Positions 28,372 through 38,230 of a DNA stretch of 64,000 nt are shown here, in pieces. The stretch lies in assembly GCA_964495425.1 (NCBI GenBank), contig CAZBVG010000002.1, forward strand, positions 14,570 through 78,569, written 5' to 3'. Within the stretch, counting starts at the first letter, position 1. Each line of letters begins with the position of its first letter. Origin of the DNA: an uncultured Candidatus Saccharibacteria bacterium (GTDB lineage: Bacteria > Patescibacteriota > Minisyncoccia > Phycocordibacterales > UBA6065). Made by a program: the position numbers and the translations under genes. The notes beneath the pieces are model-generated. The model was not told the DNA's origin. It saw nothing but the letters and a program-made list of their open reading frames with translations, and did no database searches.

Positions 28372-29368
28372 TATGATCTCTCCATCTTCAAAACTTAATC
28401 CGAAAGTATTCGACAAGGATGTCGAACAGGTACCTATTCGAAAAGGATTTGGTCAGGGTTTTTTGGCTGCGGCAGAGAAAAATAAAAATGTCGTTGGTTT
28501 GTGTGCAGATTTGACCGAATCAACGCAGATGCATTTATTTAAAGAAAAGTTCCCTGAACGATTCATTGAAATCGGTGTAGCGGAACAAAACCTCATCTCG
28601 GTAGCGTCAGGGATGGCGGCTATGGGTAAAATTCCATTTACTTCTTCGTATGCAATGTTTTCACCAGGACGCTCTTGGGAGCAGATTCGAACGACTGTGG
28701 CGTATAACGATCGAAAGGTGGTGATCGTGGGATCGCATGCGGGGGTTTCGGTGGGTCCCGATGGGGGAACACATCAGGCGATTGAGGATATTGCTATTAC
28801 TCGAGTCATTCCAAACATGGTAGTTGTATCCCCGTGTGACTCGATTGAGGCTAAAAAGGCAACGATGGCAATTGCACAGACCAAGGAACCGACCTATATT
28901 CGTCTTATTCGCGAGAAAACGCCTGTTATAACGACGGAGGCGACTCCGTTTGAAATTGGTAAGGCTCAGATTTTCTTTAGTCCTGTGACCGGTGTGGCGG
29001 ATGTGGCACTTATTGCTACTGGCGCATTAGTGCACAAGGCACTTGTTGCAGCTAAAGAATTAGAAAAAGAAAAGATTGGAGTAACGGTGGTGAATCTATC
29101 TACTATTAAACCACTCGATACAGATACGTTGGTCCGAGTAGCTAAAGAGGCAAAGGCAGTTGTGACGGTAGAGGAGCATCAGGTCGCCGGTGGTATGGGA
29201 TCAGCGGTTGCCGAGCTCCTTTCAGAGCACTGTCCTGTGCCTCTTATTAGGCTCGGAGTGCAGGATAAGTTCGGGCAGTCTGGAACCCCCGATGAGCTTG
29301 TCGAACATTACGGAATGGGGGTAAGTCATATTAAAGAGGCGGCGAAAAAGGTAATTTCAAAGAAATGA
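28364..29368 (+). CDS. transketolase, C-terminal (pyrimidine-binding) subunit
   Basis: FIEIGVAEQNLISVASGMA pyrimidine-binding motif and the C-terminal domain; overlaps the N-terminal subunit gene by 8 nt. Confidence 0.85.
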   Translation: MNNMISPSSKLNPKVFDKDVEQVPIRKGFGQGFLAAAEKNKNVVGLCADLTESTQMHLFKEKFPERFIEIGVAEQNLISVASGMAAMGKIPFTSSYAMFSPGRSWEQIRTTVAYNDRKVVIVGSHAGVSVGPDGGTHQAIEDIAITRVIPNMVVVSPCDSIEAKKATMAIAQTKEPTYIRLIREKTPVITTEATPFEIGKAQIFFSPVTGVADVALIATGALVHKALVAAKELEKEKIGVTVVNLSTIKPLDTDTLVRVAKEAKAVVTVEEHQVAGGMGSAVAELLSEHCPVPLIRLGVQDKFGQSGTPDELVEHYGMGVSHIKEAAKKVISKK

Positions 29369-30942
29369 TAGAAACATTAAATCCATCATTATTAGTAACA
29401 ATTGTTTCGTACGGTTTCTTCTTTCTTATAACCGTATTGTTTGGTCTCTGGGTTTATCTAAAGAGCTCACAGAAGGTCACACACGTGATGTTTCTTTTAA
29501 TGTGTCTTGCGATTGGTATCTATCAAATCGCGCACGTGTTTGGTGTGACAGCTGTTGATCCCGACGCATCGAGAGCGATTCTTACCATGACACTCTCCCT
29601 CATTTTTGTTGCCTGTTTTACCGTGCATTGGATTGCACTTACGCTTGAACGAGAGGGAGAATATAAAACAGCAATTATCACAATGTATGCTGTCGGCGCT
29701 CTTCTTGTCGCGTTCTTTCTCTTGGTACCTAAGGCATTCCTTGTCACATCTGTACCAAAGATGTACTTCCCAAATTACTACCAAGCTGGCTCGTTTTATT
29801 GGCTCTTCATGGCATTTTTCATGTCAGCATTCTTTGTTTCAATCAGAATGCTCATGAGGGCATACAAAATGTCTGATCCTGCCCATAAAAATCGAATTAC
29901 ATACTATGTAATTGCAATTACGATGGGGTACCCAATTGGTAGCACCGGCTTTTTGTTAGCGTACGACATTGGTGTCGACCCAATATTTTCTGTAGCGTTC
30001 AATTTCTTCATCGTGCCTCTTGCATACGGAATATTGCGTTACGACATCATGGACATTAAGGTTGCTGCACGACGAACGCTTTCGTACACCGCGTTTATTC
30101 TGGGTACAGCACTCTTTATTTTGGGTACCAATTTGGGAAATAATTTTATTTTAGTTGCATATCCAAATGCGCCAAGTTGGATTGTGCCTCTTACCTCATC
30201 ACTTCTCATAGTGCTTTTTGCGGGATTTATTTGGGAGCGTACCAAGGAACTCGAGACTCTTAAGTATGAATTTATAACGGTTATTACACACAAATTTAGA
30301 ACTCCGCTCACGCGTATAAAGTGGTCAACGGAAATTCTGAGACATCATTCTGATGTAGATGGTGATGAGAAGACCGCGATCTCGGAGATCGACGAAGCAA
30401 GTGATCATCTTGTGGGTCTTACTGACATGCTTATTAATCTTCGAAAGGCGAGCGACTCTGCTTTCCAGTATGAATTTGAAGAGGTTAATATGTGCGATAT
30501 TGTCGAATCTGTTATTAAAAATATGGACAAGCGAATTAAAGATCGAAAGATTTCATTCGCTATGTCGTGTGCCGAAGGTCCAATATATGCAAGTGCTGAC
30601 AAGCGTCGAATGCTCTTTGCTATTCAGATCGTTATGGAGAATGCTATTACCTATACACCGCCAGAGGGCAAAATTTCAGTATTTGTGCTCAAAGAGAGGC
30701 CGCATATTTATATTCGGGTAAAGGATAGTGGTATTGGTATAGACAGAGATGACCTTCCAAAGCTTTTCACCAAATTCTGGCGCAGCAAAGAAGCAAAAAC
30801 TACGGATACAGAAGGTATGGGAATCGGTCTCTTTATGGCGCGAGAAATTATCGAGCGACATGATGGTGAAATATACGTTGAATCAGAAGGTGTGGGTAAA
30901 GGATCAACCTTCATCATTCGACTTCCACTTGCAATGAATTAG
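29365..30942 (+). CDS. sensor histidine kinase with about eight N-terminal TM helices; no cognate response regulator nearby
   Basis: HisKA H-box ITHKFRTPLTRIKW and HATPase_c GMGIGLFMAREIIERHDGEIYVESEGVGKGSTF; start overlaps the transketolase stop. Confidence 0.8.
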   Translation: MIETLNPSLLVTIVSYGFFFLITVLFGLWVYLKSSQKVTHVMFLLMCLAIGIYQIAHVFGVTAVDPDASRAILTMTLSLIFVACFTVHWIALTLEREGEYKTAIITMYAVGALLVAFFLLVPKAFLVTSVPKMYFPNYYQAGSFYWLFMAFFMSAFFVSIRMLMRAYKMSDPAHKNRITYYVIAITMGYPIGSTGFLLAYDIGVDPIFSVAFNFFIVPLAYGILRYDIMDIKVAARRTLSYTAFILGTALFILGTNLGNNFILVAYPNAPSWIVPLTSSLLIVLFAGFIWERTKELETLKYEFITVITHKFRTPLTRIKWSTEILRHHSDVDGDEKTAISEIDEASDHLVGLTDMLINLRKASDSAFQYEFEEVNMCDIVESVIKNMDKRIKDRKISFAMSCAEGPIYASADKRRMLFAIQIVMENAITYTPPEGKISVFVLKERPHIYIRVKDSGIGIDRDDLPKLFTKFWRSKEAKTTDTEGMGIGLFMAREIIERHDGEIYVESEGVGKGSTFIIRLPLAMN

Positions 30943-30957
30943 GGTAAAGCACGTGCT

Positions 30958-31590
30958 CTACATGAGTGTTTCTTGTTTTCGACCAAGTAGAGCGTTTTTA
31001 ATAGTTTCTGCATCAGAGTATTCGATTTCTGTGCCTGTCGAAAGACCTCGGCCGAGTACAGTCACCTTAAGTGAATATGATTTTATGATTGGTGCAATAT
31101 AGCTTTCCACAAATTCACGCGTGTTTTCTCCTTCGCTATTAAGTGAGAGGGCAAGAATTACTTCCTTGAGGCCTTTTTTTGCACGATGTTCTATCGCAAG
31201 TACTAATTCTTGCGTTCGAATTTTTGATTCAGGATCTTTTTCTGTAAGGGAGAGAGTGTTGCCCAAGATAAAGTAATTGCCGCGGTATACTCTACTTTTT
31301 TCTACCGCATCGAGGTCAACATCCCTAGCGACTATCATGAGTGACTCTGGGTCACGCGTATCGTCGCTGCAGACACTGCAGAGCTTTCGATCATAACCCT
31401 TGCTATCGAAGTATCGAAAACATGAGGAGCAGATGGTAACACGTGCAGAAAGTTCAAGAATTTCCTGTGCAAGGGTCTTTCGATATGCCTCGCTTGTACC
31501 TAAAAGGAAATAGACAAAACGCTTAGCCTGGCGGGGGCCAATTCCGGGGAACTGTTTAAAAAGGTCGTGGAGACGGTTTAAGTGATCCAT
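30958..31590 (-). CDS. recR: recombination protein RecR
   Basis: FPGIGPRQAKR helix-hairpin-helix, CSSC...CSVC zinc finger and a Toprim domain. Confidence 0.85.
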   Translation of the reverse strand: MDHLNRLHDLFKQFPGIGPRQAKRFVYFLLGTSEAYRKTLAQEILELSARVTICSSCFRYFDSKGYDRKLCSVCSDDTRDPESLMIVARDVDLDAVEKSRVYRGNYFILGNTLSLTEKDPESKIRTQELVLAIEHRAKKGLKEVILALSLNSEGENTREFVESYIAPIIKSYSLKVTVLGRGLSTGTEIEYSDAETIKNALLGRKQETLM

Positions 31591-32972
31591 TAGAACGAAT
31601 TAACTTCTGTCGGTACAAAGTCACCAAAGTCTGCTTTTTCAACAGGGAGGAAGGTAGACTTGTCTGAATCGAATACGAGCTGAATTTCTCCGGTAGGGCC
31701 GTTTCGGTGCTTTTCAATAAGGATTGTGGCTTCACGGGAACGAGCCTGTTCACCAGATTCATCTTTTTCTCGATGAATAAACATTACAACGTCTGCGTCC
31801 TGCTCGATAGAACCAGAGTCTCGAAGGTCAGAGAGACGTGGTTTTCCACCTCGAGATTCCACGGCTCGAGAAAGCTGTGATAGGGCAATCACCGGCACAT
31901 CGAGGTCACGCGCAAGATTTTTAAGTGAGCGGGAGATCTCAGTTACTTGCTGCACCACATTGTCATTATTAATTGACTGGACTGGTGTCATAAGCTGGAG
32001 GTAGTCGACAATAATAAGTCCAAGAGACTTTTCCGATTTGAGTCGACGAGCAACAGCGCGCATTTTCAAAATATTTTGACCCGGCTGGTCATCGATGTAG
32101 ATAGGAGCCTTTGAAAGTTTGTCCATAGCATCACGAATTTTGGTGAAATCGTGTTCGATAGAGAGATTTTTTCCGGTTCGCAACTTCCATGCATCAACTC
32201 GTGCCTCTGCGGCAAGCATACGATCAACGAGCTGCTGCGAACTCATTTCAAGAGAGAAAATACCCACAGGAATATTGTGATTAACGGCAGCCATACGAGC
32301 GATATCGAGGGCGAGGGAAGTTTTACCCATTGAAGGTCGAGCAGCCAAGATTATGAGGTCAGACTTCTGAAAACCAGAAAGTTTATTGTCGAGCGCCTTA
32401 AATCCAGTCGGCACACCTCGGAGCTCGTCACGTGTGTTATGAAGTCGATCAAGTCGCTCCCATGCCTCACCAAGCGTATCTTTAAGTTCAACGAATTTAT
32501 GTGAGCCAACTGAATTAGTTACATCAAACAATTTTTTCTCGGCAGTATCGATGATTTCTTCAAGCTCGCCTTGTTCAGCAAAACCAGTGTGGGTAATATG
32601 CTCGCCGGCTTCGATGAGGCGTCGCATCATACTTTTTTTCTGTACGATTGCAGCGTAATGTCGGACGTTTGATGCTGACGGTACAAGTTGCACGAGCTCT
32701 GAAAGATACGAAGCGCCACCAACTCGATCGAGTGATCCAAGATCCCGAAGCTTTGAGGAGAGGGAAAGGAGGTCAATTGGATTTCCTTTGTTCATGAGCT
32801 CAAGCATTGCTCTCCAAATGACACGGTGCTTATCTGCATAAAAGTCATCTTCACGAACAATGTCAGTTACTTCGTGAACTGCGTCAGGTCGAAGCATGAT
32901 AGAACCGAGGAGCGCTTGTTCAGCCTCGGTTGATTGTGGAGGGATGCGGATGTGATCTCCTTTCTTTTGCAT
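31590..32972 (-). CDS. dnaB: replicative DNA helicase DnaB
   Basis: EAEQALLGSIM N-terminal domain, Walker A ILAARPSMGKTS and Walker B LIIVDYLQLM; no intein. Confidence 0.9.
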   Translation of the reverse strand: MQKKGDHIRIPPQSTEAEQALLGSIMLRPDAVHEVTDIVREDDFYADKHRVIWRAMLELMNKGNPIDLLSLSSKLRDLGSLDRVGGASYLSELVQLVPSASNVRHYAAIVQKKSMMRRLIEAGEHITHTGFAEQGELEEIIDTAEKKLFDVTNSVGSHKFVELKDTLGEAWERLDRLHNTRDELRGVPTGFKALDNKLSGFQKSDLIILAARPSMGKTSLALDIARMAAVNHNIPVGIFSLEMSSQQLVDRMLAAEARVDAWKLRTGKNLSIEHDFTKIRDAMDKLSKAPIYIDDQPGQNILKMRAVARRLKSEKSLGLIIVDYLQLMTPVQSINNDNVVQQVTEISRSLKNLARDLDVPVIALSQLSRAVESRGGKPRLSDLRDSGSIEQDADVVMFIHREKDESGEQARSREATILIEKHRNGPTGEIQLVFDSDKSTFLPVEKADFGDFVPTEVNSF

Positions 32973-33057
32973 GCGTATATTCTAACACCGGTCTACTGAG
33001 AAATATGCAATATGAAAGGTTTATAATGAGTTGAAAAGGTGGGGAAAAGAAATCTAG

Positions 33058-34449
33058 CTAGTTTTTCGTCACTTTTTGTCCCTCTGCAGTGTCTTTCACG
33101 GTGTATCCAAGTTTTGCAATTTGATCTCGGATAAGGTCAGACTTTGCGAAATTTTTTGTTTTGCGAGCTTCTTCGCGTTCATTTACAAGATCCTGCACAT
33201 TTTGAGGAATTTTTTCTTCAACTTTTGCTTTTGCCGCACCCAATCCAAGTCCAAGAAGGGAATCGATTTTTAAAATAGTTGCTTTCTTGTCGGCGGGCGA
33301 TACTTTGTCATCTTTCAAAATATCCCACTGCAATGCGAGTGCCTTTGGCGTATCGAGATCGTCAGAAACGAATCCAAGAGCCTTATTCCAGTATTCCATA
33401 TTAACTTTGCCACCATTTGGAAGTTCGTTTACCGCACCATACAATCTTTTCAAAGCAGTCGCTGCTGCATCAAGTGCTTCCCAGGTGAAATTAAGTTGTG
33501 TCGAGTATCGAGCACCGAGCAAGAAATAACGATAAGCAAGAGGGTTGTATCCCTTTTCGATGAGTGTTTTTAGGTATACTACATTACCAACAGACTTCGC
33601 CATCTTTTCATTGGCGAGTACCAAATGCGCATTATGAAGCCAGTAGTTTGAGAACGGCTTGCCAGTCGCGTGCTCTGACTGAGCAATTTCATTGTTGTGA
33701 TGAATTGAAATGTGCTCGATACCACCAGTGTGAATATCAAATGTCTCTCCGAGGTATTTCATAGACATTGCAGAACATTCGATGTGCCAGCCAGGGAAGC
33801 CTTTGCCCCATGGTGATGGCCAACCAATTGCGGTGTTGAGTTTCCAGAGTGAAAAATCTCGAGGGTGTTTCTTTTCAGTATTAACACCGATACGACTTTC
33901 ACCATCGTCGTCACTTAATCCACCGAGCTTTCCATAATCTTGAATTTTTGAAGTATCGAAATATACACCGCTCGATGCTTTGTATGTTAAACCCTTTTTT
34001 TCAAGTTTTTTAATAATCTCTATATCTTCTGCAATGTGCTTGCTTGCTTTAGGCATCTTCGACGGCAGCATGACATTGAGCGCAGTAATATCACTTATGA
34101 AAGCTTTTGCATAAAAATCAGCGAGTTCGGCCATAGCGTCGAGTGTAAGGGGCTTGTTCTCTCGAATCAAAGCTTTTGTCATTTTGTCTTCACCTTCATC
34201 CGCATCGCTTGAAAGGTGACCGATATCAGTGATATTCATCACCTGATTTACTTTGTAACCACGTGCTTCAAAGAGTCGACGAAGGGTATCCGTGAAAACA
34301 GCAGCGCGTAGGTTTCCAATATGTACATAGTTATGTACCGTGGGGCCGCAGTGATACATCGAAACAACCGGCTTGCCAAACAAAGTCTTTTTGAGCGGCT
34401 TGAAGAGCTCTCTTGTGCCGCTGGCAGTGTTGTGGAGGTGAATTTCCAT
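33058..34449 (-). CDS. cysS: cysteine--tRNA ligase
   Basis: MYHCGPTVHNYVHIGN HIGH region and KMAKSVGN KMSKS variant. Confidence 0.9.
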   Translation of the reverse strand: MEIHLHNTASGTRELFKPLKKTLFGKPVVSMYHCGPTVHNYVHIGNLRAAVFTDTLRRLFEARGYKVNQVMNITDIGHLSSDADEGEDKMTKALIRENKPLTLDAMAELADFYAKAFISDITALNVMLPSKMPKASKHIAEDIEIIKKLEKKGLTYKASSGVYFDTSKIQDYGKLGGLSDDDGESRIGVNTEKKHPRDFSLWKLNTAIGWPSPWGKGFPGWHIECSAMSMKYLGETFDIHTGGIEHISIHHNNEIAQSEHATGKPFSNYWLHNAHLVLANEKMAKSVGNVVYLKTLIEKGYNPLAYRYFLLGARYSTQLNFTWEALDAAATALKRLYGAVNELPNGGKVNMEYWNKALGFVSDDLDTPKALALQWDILKDDKVSPADKKATILKIDSLLGLGLGAAKAKVEEKIPQNVQDLVNEREEARKTKNFAKSDLIRDQIAKLGYTVKDTAEGQKVTKN

Positions 34450-34535
34450 GCTAGTACATTAATCGTATCACGAAATCTTTGCAATTCACGGAAAACCATT
34501 TGTGAATACGTATATTTTTTGAGATAATAATTCGC

Positions 34536-35801
34536 ATGAATCAATCAAACCGCCTATCAATAGGTGCAGTTCTTATAGTCGTTATCGCGGCGTCTTTTTT
34601 GTTTGGATTTCATTCAGGATCACGATCAATTCCACCAGAAAGTCTTGTGTTAACTGTTGATAATAAGGATACGAATAAACCCGATACAGTTGATTTTGCT
34701 GCTTTTTGGAAAGCCTGGAATATAATTAATGAAAAGTACGCAGGTACATCGACTGATGATCAAGCGCGAGTGTATGGCGCGATTGAAGGTATGACCGCAT
34801 CACTTGGTGATCCATACACCGTATTTTTCCCACCAAAGGAAGCAAAGGTGTTTGCAAGTGAAATCGCCGGAAATTTTGAAGGAGTAGGAATGGAGCTTGG
34901 TGTTAAAGATGGCAGGCTTACCGTGGTTTCTCCAATCAAAGACGCCCCAGCAGAAAAGGCGGGTGTAAAAGCAGGCGACATCATCGTAAAGATCGATGAT
35001 AAAGATTCTGTGCTCATGGCGACCGACGAAGCCGTCCAGCTTATCCGAGGAAAGGCGGGAACTAAGGTCAAATTGACACTTGCACGTCAGGGCGTGAAGA
35101 ATCCTGTTGAAATTACCATTACGCGAGGAAAGATTGATCTACCGACGGTCCGAACAACAACAAAGAATTCAATCGCAAGCGGCGCAGATGTCGGTGCGTC
35201 GGGTACTGGTCTTCGAAAAGACGGCATATTTGTAATTTCTTTGTACAGCTTTAATGCAAATTCTGCTAATCAGTTTAGAAATGCACTCAAAGAATTTATA
35301 AATTCTGGTTCACATAAGCTCATTCTCGACCTCCGAGGAAATCCGGGAGGATATCTTGAGGCTGCGGTTGATATGGCAAGTTGGTTTTTGCCGGCTGGTG
35401 ATGTGATTGTTCGAGAGGAGTTTGGTAAGGATAGGGAAGCGGATGCAATGCGAAGTAAGGGCTATGATATTTTTGGTGATAACTTGCGCATGATTATTCT
35501 TGTTGATGGAGGATCTGCTTCAGCATCGGAAATTTTGGCCGGAGCTTTATCAGAGAACGGTGTTGCAAAACTTGTTGGTACAAAAACATTCGGAAAGGGA
35601 TCAGTACAAGAGCTCGTAGACATCACCTCGGATACATCACTCAAGGTAACAATTGCAAATTGGTTTACTCCAAATGGTGTTTCAATTTCAAAGCACGGTA
35701 TCACGCCTGATTATGTAGTGCCGATCACGGAGGATGATGTTAAGGCACAAAAGGATCCACAAATGGACAAGGCTGTTGAGCTTTTGTCGAAGGAACCGTA
35801 G
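34536..35801 (+). CDS. ctpA: carboxyl-terminal processing protease, S41 family, with PDZ domain
   Basis: N-terminal TM helix, PDZ segment (GVKAGDIIVKIDD) and S41 core LDLRGNPGGYL. Confidence 0.8.
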   Translation: MNQSNRLSIGAVLIVVIAASFLFGFHSGSRSIPPESLVLTVDNKDTNKPDTVDFAAFWKAWNIINEKYAGTSTDDQARVYGAIEGMTASLGDPYTVFFPPKEAKVFASEIAGNFEGVGMELGVKDGRLTVVSPIKDAPAEKAGVKAGDIIVKIDDKDSVLMATDEAVQLIRGKAGTKVKLTLARQGVKNPVEITITRGKIDLPTVRTTTKNSIASGADVGASGTGLRKDGIFVISLYSFNANSANQFRNALKEFINSGSHKLILDLRGNPGGYLEAAVDMASWFLPAGDVIVREEFGKDREADAMRSKGYDIFGDNLRMIILVDGGSASASEILAGALSENGVAKLVGTKTFGKGSVQELVDITSDTSLKVTIANWFTPNGVSISKHGITPDYVVPITEDDVKAQKDPQMDKAVELLSKEP

Positions 35802-35867
35802 GGTTTGATAAGTAGGGTTAGTTTTGGTACTGTGTGTGAACTATAAGCGAATTTAACGAAATACCAG

Positions 35868-36314
35868 ATGAAGATTGTAATGCTCAAAGACGTAAAGGGA
35901 GTAGGGAAGAAGCACGATATAAAGGCCGTTGCTGATGGCTTTGCGCTCAACTCTCTTATCCCACAGGGACTCGCTGAAGTGGCGACCGATAAAGCTCTTG
36001 CTCGAGTTACTGTAATAAAGAAGCAGGAGGAAGCTGAAAAGAAGATCCAGGCTGATCTTCTCTCAAAGAACATCAAATCTATTCATGATGCGGTTGTTGA
36101 GGTAACTGTCGGTGCTAATGAGAAAGGACATCTTTTCGCAGGTCTTCATGCGGCTGAGATTGCTCCACTCGTAAAGGCTTCAACTCAGATCGACGTAGCC
36201 CCTGAATTCCTTGTTCTCGAGAAACCGATCAAGGAGGTAGGTGATCATAAGATCGATGTGAAAGTTCAGGGCAAGACAGCGACATTCACTCTTAAGGTAA
36301 AAGCAAAGAAATAA
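35868..36314 (+). CDS. rplI: 50S ribosomal protein L9
   Basis: [37 protein letters not shown]-terminal domain. Confidence 0.85.
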   Translation: MKIVMLKDVKGVGKKHDIKAVADGFALNSLIPQGLAEVATDKALARVTVIKKQEEAEKKIQADLLSKNIKSIHDAVVEVTVGANEKGHLFAGLHAAEIAPLVKASTQIDVAPEFLVLEKPIKEVGDHKIDVKVQGKTATFTLKVKAKK

Positions 36315-36316
36315 GA

Positions 36317-36345
36317 AAATCCCCGCACTCGCGGGGATTTTTGTT
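36317..36345 (+). terminator. rho-independent terminator of rplI, one of two near-identical hairpins flanking a GC-rich insert
   Basis: AAAATCCCCGCActcGCGGGGATTTTTG. Confidence 0.8.
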
Positions 36346-36600
36346 GTGTGGTAGTCTGCATCTCGGAACCTCCAAAACTATATGATTATTCCTGATGATG
36401 AAGCTGAAGAAACTCCCCGTCGTATGGGGAAAGGCGGACTACTCCTCCTTGCTGACGGCACAGATGCGCTTGATGCTATCGTAGCCGCCGGTGTAAAGGT
36501 GGGGCAGGGCAAATTACCTTCGCCCACCCACCGCCCAAAGCTCTTTATTTTCGATCCCCTTAGGGACCCAAACCATAGGCGTCAATGAATTTCAAATAGC
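36346..36600. other. GC-rich 250-bp element between convergent rplI and rpmA, bounded by twin hairpins
   Basis: GC far above flanking sequence. It contains a 68-aa ORF of doubtful coding quality. No tmRNA, SRP or RNase P motifs were recognised. Confidence 0.4.
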
Positions 36601-36629
36601 AAAAGCCCCGCATCTCGCGGGGCTTTTTT
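36601..36629 (-). terminator. rho-independent terminator of rpmA (twin of the 36317-36345 hairpin)
   Basis: AAAAGCCCCGCAtctcGCGGGGCTTTTTT. Confidence 0.8.
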
Positions 36630-36630
36630 A

Positions 36631-36903
36631 TTAGTCTATGTTTACTACGTTCTTTACTTTTGTCTTTCCGTTGAATCCCATCTTTCGCTTTGTTGAGTTT
36701 CGGACGGTGCCTTCCTTTGTTGCGTAGATCGTATAGTCCTTGCCGATATCTGTGTTCTTACCAGGGAGAGTATTGAGACCTTCCTGTCGGATGATAATTG
36801 AACCGATCTTTGCCTTTTCACCAGCGTAAAGCTTCACACCCAAATATCGTGGGTTTGAATCTCGGCCGTTTTTGACTGTACCACCTGATTTTTTTGTTGC
36901 CAT
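36631..36903 (-). CDS. rpmA: 50S ribosomal protein L27
   Basis: [29 protein letters not shown] bL27 signature. Confidence 0.9.
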   Translation of the reverse strand: MATKKSGGTVKNGRDSNPRYLGVKLYAGEKAKIGSIIIRQEGLNTLPGKNTDIGKDYTIYATKEGTVRNSTKRKMGFNGKTKVKNVVNID

Positions 36904-36962
36904 GGATTGTTTAGGGCCGGATTCTTTATAAAAAATTTATCCTGACCTGTAATTATCTACGT

Positions 36963-37436
36963 ATGCTTAGGTTTCGAAGTATAGCCCAAACCCTCACTAA
37001 AATCAAGGGTTTGGCTAGCAAGCTTACTACGGGGGACATGTATACCTCTTTTTACCTTATATTGGCTCTATTTTCTGGGTATTTTTGGGGTGCTTTTACT
37101 GAAGTAAGGCAAGAAAGAATTCCTCTACAGCTAGAAAGATTTGAGCCGATATTTCCAGAGCCGACCCTATCAGTATGTGAACCAATATCTGGGCCTATAA
37201 ACGCACCAGGACAGGCCGCACTCCTGAAGCGGGAACAAGTTCAATCTGGTGTCAAAAAGCCTCTAAATGAGCCAAATACAGGCCTATATGTGGGATCAAA
37301 GTCCGGATCTAAGTATCATTTACCAAATTGTCCTGGAGCGCAGCGAATTTCGGCTGAAAATAAGGTCTGGTTTGCTTCAAAAGAGGACGCTTTGGCTAAA
37401 GGATATACGCCGGCGGCAAACTGTAAGGGGCTTTAA
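36963..37436 (+). CDS. hypothetical membrane-anchored protein with a C-terminal Cys/His motif reminiscent of the Ada-type zinc-binding domain
   Basis: TM helix YLILALFSGYFWGAF; C-terminus GSKYHLPNCPGAQRISAENKVWFASKEDALAKGYTPAANCKG. Confidence 0.4.
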   Translation: MLRFRSIAQTLTKIKGLASKLTTGDMYTSFYLILALFSGYFWGAFTEVRQERIPLQLERFEPIFPEPTLSVCEPISGPINAPGQAALLKREQVQSGVKKPLNEPNTGLYVGSKSGSKYHLPNCPGAQRISAENKVWFASKEDALAKGYTPAANCKGL

Positions 37437-37537
37437 ATACAAAATTTCAATGGAGAGGGAAGGGTAGGAGGGGTATTATATGGCTCTATTGAGCCGTTTT
37501 ATTGGCTTTGACATATTGAAAATATATGGGATAACCA

Positions 37538-37566
37538 TTGACATTTGGGATCGAAGGTGCTATAAT
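37538..37566 (+). promoter_or_regulatory. consensus sigma-70 promoter
   Basis: TTGACA (37538-43), 17-nt spacer, TATAAT (37561-66). Confidence 0.7.
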
Positions 37567-37640
37567 ATGAGTACATCAGAGTTGATCCTCTGGTGATTTG
37601 TTTTAAAGGCTAGAAACTCTCAAAGACGAAAGTCGATAGG

Positions 37641-38150
37641 GTGTCTTCCTCAAAAACATTGAACCTACACATTATGTTTGAAATTACCTCTAGCTTGCTT
37701 ATGCTTGCTTCTGCTCTTACTCCTATGACAGGGAAGTTGATAGCAGATGCAAAGACCTCAGCTTCGACTACAGATGCACAGGCAACCACGACCGTATCGG
37801 AGGCAATACCAGATGATCATCCACTTATTACTGTTTCTGTAGAGGCGTATGTCCGAGATTATTTTAAGGATACTCCGCTTCTTGCAGAAATTTCACGCTG
37901 TGAATCGACCTTCCGCCAGTATGACTCTAAGGGCAACGTTCTTAGAGGAAAGGTGAATAAGGACGACATTGGTGTGATGCAGATTAACAAGATGTATCAC
38001 GAGGAAGATGCAGAGAAGCTTGGCTTCGACATCTATACTCTCGATGGTAATCTTGGGTATGCTAAATGGCTTTACGGCAAGTACGGTGACTCACCTTGGG
38101 TGCATTCATCGAAGTGCTGGGTCAAGAATAAGATAGCAATGAAACTCTAA
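37641..38150 (+). CDS. secreted lysozyme-like / lytic transglycosylase (SLT) domain protein (probable start at 37674)
   Basis: Signal-like MFEITSSLLMLASALTP; CESTFRQYDSKGN...DIGVMQIN matches the SLT catalytic ES...G(L/V)MQI motif. Confidence 0.5.
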   Translation: MSSSKTLNLHIMFEITSSLLMLASALTPMTGKLIADAKTSASTTDAQATTTVSEAIPDDHPLITVSVEAYVRDYFKDTPLLAEISRCESTFRQYDSKGNVLRGKVNKDDIGVMQINKMYHEEDAEKLGFDIYTLDGNLGYAKWLYGKYGDSPWVHSSKCWVKNKIAMKL

Positions 38151-38230
38151 AACAAAAGACCACTCCGCAAGGGGTGGTTTTTTGTTGTAAAGAAAAAATC
38201 CACGACGCTCTATCGTGGATTTTGCTATGG

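Noticed and set aside
24343-36480. 10-mer GACGGCACAG plus a nearby similar 15-mer shared by the two GC-rich islets, as inverted-repeat homology mediating a rearrangement.
   Set aside because: The match is short enough to arise by chance in GC-rich sequence. Mentioned only as weak support.
36382-36588. 68-aa ORF inside the GC-rich insert between rplI and rpmA, as a real protein gene.
   Set aside because: No ribosome-binding context, atypical composition, and the peptide is Gly/Ala/Pro-rich without motifs. Kept only as part of the unexplained element.
36346-36600. Identification of the GC-rich element as tmRNA, SRP RNA or RNase P RNA.
   Set aside because: Looked for GGGG...UUCGAC and a tRNA-like 3' end for tmRNA, GGAAGGAAGCAGCC for SRP, and GGAAAGUCCGGGC / ACAGAAxCCGGCUUA for RNase P. 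None is present; only a loose GGAAAGGCGGAC resemblance.
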